Source of the DNA: Dehalococcoidia bacterium
GTDB lineage: Bacteria; Chloroflexota; Dehalococcoidia; GIF9; UBA5629
Assembly: GCA_050011565.1 (NCBI GenBank)
Contig: JBEKIW010000001.1
Span: 512,001 to 576,000 of the forward strand
Direction: 5' to 3'
Length of the DNA: 64,000 nucleotides
Shown here one piece after another: positions 58,502 to 64,000 of this stretch. Numbering within the stretch: position 1 is the first letter of the stretch; every line of letters starts with the position of its first letter. The position numbers and the translations under genes were made by a program. The notes under the pieces were generated by a model that was not told where the DNA came from, did not search any database, and saw only the letters and a list, made by a program, of their open reading frames with translations.

Positions 58502-59389
58502 ATGACTGCAAAAATCATCAGTGGCACCGAAGTAGCTGCTGAAATTCGCCAGGAATTAAAAGGCAGAGTAAAAAAAATTGTAGATAAGGGGATTACTCCG
58601 GCACTGGCTGTGGTGCTGGTGGGAGAAGACCCGGCATCGGTATCTTATGTTACCGCCAAAGCGAAAGGCGCTGAGGAAATAGGCATGCATGAGGAGACCA
58701 TCCGGCTGCCGGCCGATACCCCGGAGAAAAAAGTTCTCGATACCGTAGAAAAGCTGAACAAAGACGAGAAATTCCATGGCATACTTGTTCAGTTGCCGCT
58801 ACCCAAACATATAGATACTGAAAAGGTAATTAGCTTCATCTCAGCCGAAAAAGACGTGGATGGCTTTCATCCAATCAACGTCGGTAAGGCGCTCAGGGGT
58901 GAGCCCTGCCCTCTGCCTTGTACCCCGCATGGAGTGCAAGAACTATTGATTAGAAGCGGCAACAGCCCTGAGGGCAAACATGTCGTCATTTGTGGGCGGA
59001 GCAATCTTGTGGGTAAACCTCTGGCGGCTATTTTGATGCAGAAGAAGAAAGGCGCTAATGCTACAGTCACTGTTTGCCATACAGGGACCAAAGATATTGG
59101 TTATTTTTCCAGGCAGGCTGATATAGTGGTGGCAGCTATGGGGGCGCCTAAGGCGATAACTGCTGACATGATCAGAGAAGGTGCAGTGGTTATCGATGTC
59201 GGCGTTAACCGCGTGGAAGATAAGACAAAAGAGAAAGGCTTCCGCCTGGTCGGTGATGTCGACTTTGATGCCATGAAGGAGAAGGCATCGGCCATAACTC
59301 CGGTCCCCGGCGGCGTCGGGCCTATGACAGTGACTATGCTGCTGCTGAACACTGTGGAAGCAGCTGAAAGAAAAGCGGGTATCAGCTAA
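58502..59389 (+). CDS. folD: Methylenetetrahydrofolate dehydrogenase/cyclohydrolase
   Basis: GILVQLPLP, KDVDGFHP, PCTP, GRSNLVGKP, TPVPGGVGPMT. Confidence 0.97.
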   Translation: MTAKIISGTEVAAEIRQELKGRVKKIVDKGITPALAVVLVGEDPASVSYVTAKAKGAEEIGMHEETIRLPADTPEKKVLDTVEKLNKDEKFHGILVQLPLPKHIDTEKVISFISAEKDVDGFHPINVGKALRGEPCPLPCTPHGVQELLIRSGNSPEGKHVVICGRSNLVGKPLAAILMQKKKGANATVTVCHTGTKDIGYFSRQADIVVAAMGAPKAITADMIREGAVVIDVGVNRVEDKTKEKGFRLVGDVDFDAMKEKASAITPVPGGVGPMTVTMLLLNTVEAAERKAGIS

Positions 59390-59472
59390 CAAAGTGAAAT
59401 CTCGGGAAATATTTATTTTCTCGATTTTCAGAGTAAAGTAACAATAAATAGAAAGGAAAAGGAGGTTGTTAT

Positions 59473-61233
59473 ATGCCCTATGATGCAGTAAAAATGAAAG
59501 ACTGGCAAATTTCAGATGCCGCCGAGAAGAACATGCCGACACCCGAAGAGTGGCGTGAAAAGCTGGGACTGCAGAAGGATGAGATTATCCCATTTGGCAG
59601 GTTATGCAGGCTTGATTTCATGAAAATCATTGAGCGGCTCAAGAAAAAGGCTGACGGCAAATACATTGAGGTAACCGCTATAACGCCGACACCACTAGGC
59701 GAAGGTAAAAGCACGACTTCAATGGGGCTTTTAGAGGGCCTGGGTAAACGGGGTAAGAATGTGGGCGGCTGTCTACGCCAGCCATCCGGCGGCCCCACTA
59801 TGAATATCAAGGGGACAGCTGCCGGTGGTGGCAATGCGCTTCTAATTCCCATGACCGAGTTTTCCATGGGGCTTACCGGCGACATCAATGACATCATGAA
59901 TTCCCATAACCTGGCTATGGTGGCGCTCACTGCCAGGATGCAGCATGAACGGAACTACGATGACGCCGAGCTGGCTAAACGCAACCTGCGGCGATTGGCT
60001 GTCGATCCAACCCGCGTAGAGATGGGCTGGATCATGGACTTCTGCGCTCAGAGCCTCAGGAACATTGTTATAGGTCTGGGCGGCCGCATGGACGGTTTTC
60101 TTATGCAGTCTAAGTTCGGTATTGCTGTGAGTTCCGAGCTTATGGCTATGTTGTCCATAGTCAAAGACCTGGCTGACCTGCGCCAGAGAATGGACAAAAT
60201 CACTGTTGCTTTCGATATGAAGGGTAAGCCGGTGACTACAGGTGACCTGGAGGTAGGTGGCGCCATGACTGCCTGGATGCGCAATACCATCAATCCCACG
60301 CTGATGTGTACCGCTGAATACCAGCCGTGCATGGTGCATGCCGGCCCCTTTGCCAATATAGCAGTAGGACAGTCATCCATTATTGCCGACCGCATCGGTC
60401 TGAAGATGTTTGACTACCACGTTACCGAGAGTGGTTTTGCCGCTGACATTGGCTTTGAGAAGTTTTGGAACGTCAAGTGCCGCTTAAGCGGGTTGATACC
60501 CCACGTATCAGTGCTCACCACTACTATCAGAGCTTTGAAGATGCACGGTGGAGGACCTAAGGTGGTAGCCGGACTGCCCTTACCCGATGCTTATACAAAA
60601 GAAGACCTTAAAACACTGGAAAAAGGTCTACCCAATATGATACATCACATTAACACCATCAGAACAGCCGGCATTAACCCGGTGGTCTGTATAAATGCCT
60701 TCCACACCGATACCAAGGATGAAATCGCCATGGTGCGCAAGGCAGCCGAGGCAGCCGGTGCCCGCTGTGCTGTTTCCACTCATTGGGCAAATGGCGGTGA
60801 TGGCGCCCTGGAGCTAGCTGATACGGTCATGGATGCCTGCAACCAGAAGAACGAGTTCAAATTCTTATACCCTCTGGAAATGAAGCTCCGCGAGCGGGTA
60901 GACAAAATTGCCAAGGTGGTCTATGGGGCTGACGGTGTATCATGGACGCCCGACGCTGAAGCCAAGGCCAAGATGCTTGAGAGCGACCCGCAATACGGCG
61001 ACTTTATGACCATGATGGTAAAGACACACTTGAGCCTGACGCACGACCCTGCTATAAAGGGCACTCCCAAAGGCTGGACATTACCTATACGCGACGTCTT
61101 AATCTATTCCGGCGCAAAGTTCCTTTGTCCCTGCGCCGGGACCATCAGCCTGATGCCGGGCACCAGTTCCGACCCTGCCTACAGAAGGGTGGATGTTGAT
61201 GTAAAGACCGGCAAGGTGATGGGTCTGTTTTAA
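59473..61233 (+). CDS. fhs: Formate-tetrahydrofolate ligase
   Basis: [47 protein letters not shown]. Confidence 0.96.
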   Translation: MPYDAVKMKDWQISDAAEKNMPTPEEWREKLGLQKDEIIPFGRLCRLDFMKIIERLKKKADGKYIEVTAITPTPLGEGKSTTSMGLLEGLGKRGKNVGGCLRQPSGGPTMNIKGTAAGGGNALLIPMTEFSMGLTGDINDIMNSHNLAMVALTARMQHERNYDDAELAKRNLRRLAVDPTRVEMGWIMDFCAQSLRNIVIGLGGRMDGFLMQSKFGIAVSSELMAMLSIVKDLADLRQRMDKITVAFDMKGKPVTTGDLEVGGAMTAWMRNTINPTLMCTAEYQPCMVHAGPFANIAVGQSSIIADRIGLKMFDYHVTESGFAADIGFEKFWNVKCRLSGLIPHVSVLTTTIRALKMHGGGPKVVAGLPLPDAYTKEDLKTLEKGLPNMIHHINTIRTAGINPVVCINAFHTDTKDEIAMVRKAAEAAGARCAVSTHWANGGDGALELADTVMDACNQKNEFKFLYPLEMKLRERVDKIAKVVYGADGVSWTPDAEAKAKMLESDPQYGDFMTMMVKTHLSLTHDPAIKGTPKGWTLPIRDVLIYSGAKFLCPCAGTISLMPGTSSDPAYRRVDVDVKTGKVMGLF

Positions 61234-61255
61234 AGAAAAACAAAGGGAATTCTTT

Positions 61256-61290
61256 AAGGCTGGGTGGCGCATTGCGCCACCCAGCCTTTT
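61256..61290 (+). terminator. Intrinsic terminator after fhs
   Basis: AAGGCTGGGTGGCGCA-T-TGCGCCACCCAGCCTTTT. Confidence 0.85.
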
Positions 61291-61316
61291 CAGTTACAAT
61301 CAAATTCGGGGTTAAA

Positions 61317-62753
61317 TTGAACGACGAAGAATTGCTTCGGGAATTCGAGCCCATATTTTACCCTAAGTCTATTGCTGTAGTCGGCATTTCCCAAAATATA
61401 TTTAAGGTGGGCTCACTCTGGCTGAAAGCCGTTATGGATGCCGGCTTTAGAGGTGCTATTTATCCGATTCACCCTCGAGGCGGTGAGTTTCTAGGATTGA
61501 AAGTCTATACCAGTATTAAGGAAGTTCCGGAGATTGTGGACTATGTTATCGTCTCCATTCCCAGAGAAGCCGTACCTGAACTGCTGGATGATTGTGCTCA
61601 TAAAGTAAAAACTATTCATTTCTTCACTGCCGGCTTCGGTGAGGCAGGCGATGCCACGGGGAGACAGTTGGAGGAGGAATTGATAAGCAAAGCGCGACAC
61701 GGCGGCTTCCGTATTATCGGGCCTAATTGTATTGGCGTTTATTCTCCGGAAGTTCGAGTACCCTATGGGCCCAGCGGCAGGATAGGCGAAGTCGGCTCGG
61801 TAGGCTTCATTTCCCAGAGTGGGGGAATAGGGGAAAAGTTATTCGAGCTGGGACTTGCCAGGGGTATCAGATATAGCAAGGGCATCAGCTTCGGCAACGG
61901 TATTGACCTGGATAGCCCCGATTATATGGAGTATATGTCCGCAGACCCGAGAGTCTCCGTTATCGGCGCCTATCTCGAAGGAACGAAAAACGGTCACCGG
62001 CTATTTATCAAGATGAAGGACGCAGCCAGGTTGAAGCCACTAATTGTGTGGAAAGCCGGCAGGACTGGCATTGGTGCCGCAGCCGCCGCTTCACATACCG
62101 GCTCCCTGGCAAGTTCCGCGGCCATTTGGTCGGCAGCCCTGAGGCAATCCGGTGCTATCGAAGTCCAGGATGTCGAAGAGTTGACCGATACTTTGCTCAT
62201 TTTTCAACAGCTTGGGCAATTGGAAGTCAAAGGAAATGGCATTGCTGTCGTTGGCGGGCTTGCCGATGGTGGCGGCGGTATTTCTGTTTCAGCCAGCGAT
62301 GCCTGTGCCGAACTTGGACTTAATATTCCCCCGCTCTCCTCCGAGACGAGACGAAAGTTGACCAACCTTCTAGGCAGGGTAGGCAGTATCTTGCGCAATC
62401 CCGTAGACGTAAGTCAAAGTGGCAGCAATCGTTCCATGATAAAAGAGGCTGCGGGGCTGGTCCTTGCCGATTCCTCAATTGACCTTGTAATAGTGCAAAT
62501 AGATGCGGGTATACTGTTAAAATACTTGCCCTGGGAGCTGGTCGAATCCATATTTACTGTTTTTATCGAGCTGAGAAATGAGCAGGAAAAGCCGATAGTT
62601 ATCGTCTCTCCTCCCGGCGCTTTCGAGTCGCAACGCATCGAAATGGAGCAGCAACTAGCTCGAGCTTCAATACCCGTCTTTCCTACTATGAAACGGGCGG
62701 CTAAAGCTATCATAAACTTGAGTCGATACTCTCAATTCCGGAATATGGACTAG
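61317..62753 (+). CDS. ADP-forming acyl-CoA ligase alpha-type (CoA-binding) subunit
   Basis: PKSIAVVG, FTAGFGE, IGPNCIG, ISQSGG, SHTGSLA; start codon uncertain (TTG 61317). Confidence 0.88.
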   Translation: MNDEELLREFEPIFYPKSIAVVGISQNIFKVGSLWLKAVMDAGFRGAIYPIHPRGGEFLGLKVYTSIKEVPEIVDYVIVSIPREAVPELLDDCAHKVKTIHFFTAGFGEAGDATGRQLEEELISKARHGGFRIIGPNCIGVYSPEVRVPYGPSGRIGEVGSVGFISQSGGIGEKLFELGLARGIRYSKGISFGNGIDLDSPDYMEYMSADPRVSVIGAYLEGTKNGHRLFIKMKDAARLKPLIVWKAGRTGIGAAAAASHTGSLASSAAIWSAALRQSGAIEVQDVEELTDTLLIFQQLGQLEVKGNGIAVVGGLADGGGGISVSASDACAELGLNIPPLSSETRRKLTNLLGRVGSILRNPVDVSQSGSNRSMIKEAAGLVLADSSIDLVIVQIDAGILLKYLPWELVESIFTVFIELRNEQEKPIVIVSPPGAFESQRIEMEQQLARASIPVFPTMKRAAKAIINLSRYSQFRNMD

Positions 62754-62757
62754 CAAT

Positions 62758-62982
62758 ATGGAAGGACTGGGCAAGATTCTGCTTATTGTCGGCGGCATTA
62801 TAGTAATTCTAGGGCTGATATTGGTTTTCAGCAATCATATCCCCTTTCTAGGCAAGTTGCCCGGCGACATATTCGTAAAGAGAGACGGTTTTTCCTTTTA
62901 TTTCCCTATTGTCACCTTACTAATTTTGAGTATTCTAATAACCATAATAGTGAATGTTATTTTGCACTTCCTGAACAAATAA
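62758..62982 (+). CDS. DUF2905 family membrane protein
   Basis: GKLPGDI...FYFPI motif. Confidence 0.88.
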   Translation: MEGLGKILLIVGGIIVILGLILVFSNHIPFLGKLPGDIFVKRDGFSFYFPIVTLLILSILITIIVNVILHFLNK

Positions 62983-62994
62983 TAAGCTATTCTT

Positions 62995-64000
62995 ATGAAG
63001 ACGAGCGACTTCGACTATCACTTACCTCCTGAGTTAATTGCACAAATACCATTGGAACCACGAGACCAATCCCGCCTTATGGTTCTGCGTCGATGTGACG
63101 GTTCCATAGAACACCGGCGCTTTTATGAGATTATCGACTATCTTGAAAACGGTGACACTATGGTGTTTAACAATAGCCGTGTCATACCGGCCAGAATCAT
63201 GGGGCAAAAACACAATAGCCAAACAAAAGTAGAATTACTGCTATTGCGTCGCTTGGGCAACAACATCTGGGAAACGCTGGTCCGACCGGCCAGAAAGGTT
63301 ACGCCTGGCACCGAAATTAGGATAGCCGGTGCGCCTCATGCTGCTGATGAAGAAATGAACGCTGAGGTGTTGGAACAGGGCGAGGGCGGTATTAATATTA
63401 TCCGCTTTTCAGACGATAGCTTGCTTGAGAAATACGGCCAAATCCCTTTGCCGCCTTACATATCGACTCCACTGGCCGACGCGGAACGTTATCAAACAAT
63501 ATACGCTCAAACGAATGGCAGCGTAGCAGCGCCTACAGCCGGGCTGCATTTTACCTCGCGATTACTGAGTGAGTTAGAGAAGAAAGGCGTTCGACTGGCT
63601 TTTGTCACGCTTCACATCGGGCTTGATACCTTCCGGCCGGTGCGGGTTGAAGACCCCAGCCGGCATGTCATCCATAAGGAATACGGCGAATTAACCTCAG
63701 AAGTCACCGCTTTGGTTAATGAGACCAGGGAGCAGGGCAGAAAGGTAATAGCTGTGGGCACCAGCACTGTGAGATTGCTGGAAGCAGCTGCTAGGACCGG
63801 CACCATTCAGCCTTTTGCCGGCTGGGTGGACCTGTTAATCTTGCCCGGGTACAAATTTCGTGTCACAGATGTCATGGTCACCAACTTCCATTTACCCAGG
63901 TCAACGCTGTTGATGCTGGTCTCCGCCTTTGCCGGCAAGGATTTTGTTCTGCAATCCTACGAGCAAGCCAGGAGCCTTAATTACCGCTTCTACAGCTTCG
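62995..64000 (+). CDS. queA: S-adenosylmethionine:tRNA ribosyltransferase-isomerase (partial, runs off window end)
   Basis: MKTSDFDYHLPPELIAQ.P...RDQSRL, PLPPYI, RYQT, GSVAAPTAGLHF, TLHIGLDTF, TNFHLP.STL, YRFYSF. Confidence 0.96.
   Translation, partial: MKTSDFDYHLPPELIAQIPLEPRDQSRLMVLRRCDGSIEHRRFYEIIDYLENGDTMVFNNSRVIPARIMGQKHNSQTKVELLLLRRLGNNIWETLVRPARKVTPGTEIRIAGAPHAADEEMNAEVLEQGEGGINIIRFSDDSLLEKYGQIPLPPYISTPLADAERYQTIYAQTNGSVAAPTAGLHFTSRLLSELEKKGVRLAFVTLHIGLDTFRPVRVEDPSRHVIHKEYGELTSEVTALVNETREQGRKVIAVGTSTVRLLEAAARTGTIQPFAGWVDLLILPGYKFRVTDVMVTNFHLPRSTLLMLVSAFAGKDFVLQSYEQARSLNYRFYSF

Overview
The window looks like a Dehalococcoidia-type (Chloroflexota) anaerobe; this is inferred from gene content, not from a marker gene. 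Left part (about 0.5-25 kb): an accessory region next to tRNA-Ile(GAT). It holds a TetR-headed catabolic cluster (CoA ligase, three saccharopine/lysine-dehydrogenase-family paralogues, hydantoinase/oxoprolinase B+A, LIV-type ABC transporter, SDR, an acyl-CoA dehydrogenase with a winged-helix-like tail, CaiB-type CoA transferase). It ends in a zinc-finger-rich integration module whose large serine recombinase ORF terminates inside the antisense tRNA. Near 21.7-21.85 kb there is an inverted att-like half-site that encodes an in-frame alternative recombinase C-terminus. An 11-bp inverted repeat there could swap the C-terminus of a small zinc-ribbon protein. Right part: mostly core genes (ADP-forming acyl-CoA ligases, a PAC2 pair, degV, uvrA, folD, fhs, queA), an alkyl sulfatase-SulP pair, and a UxxC DsbA/FrnE-like selenoprotein missed by the ORF track. 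There is also a riboswitch-controlled corrinoid salvage operon with an unexplained radical SAM gene and a DUF71/diphthine-ammonia-ligase-like gene. All calls come from reading the sequence; no searches were run.
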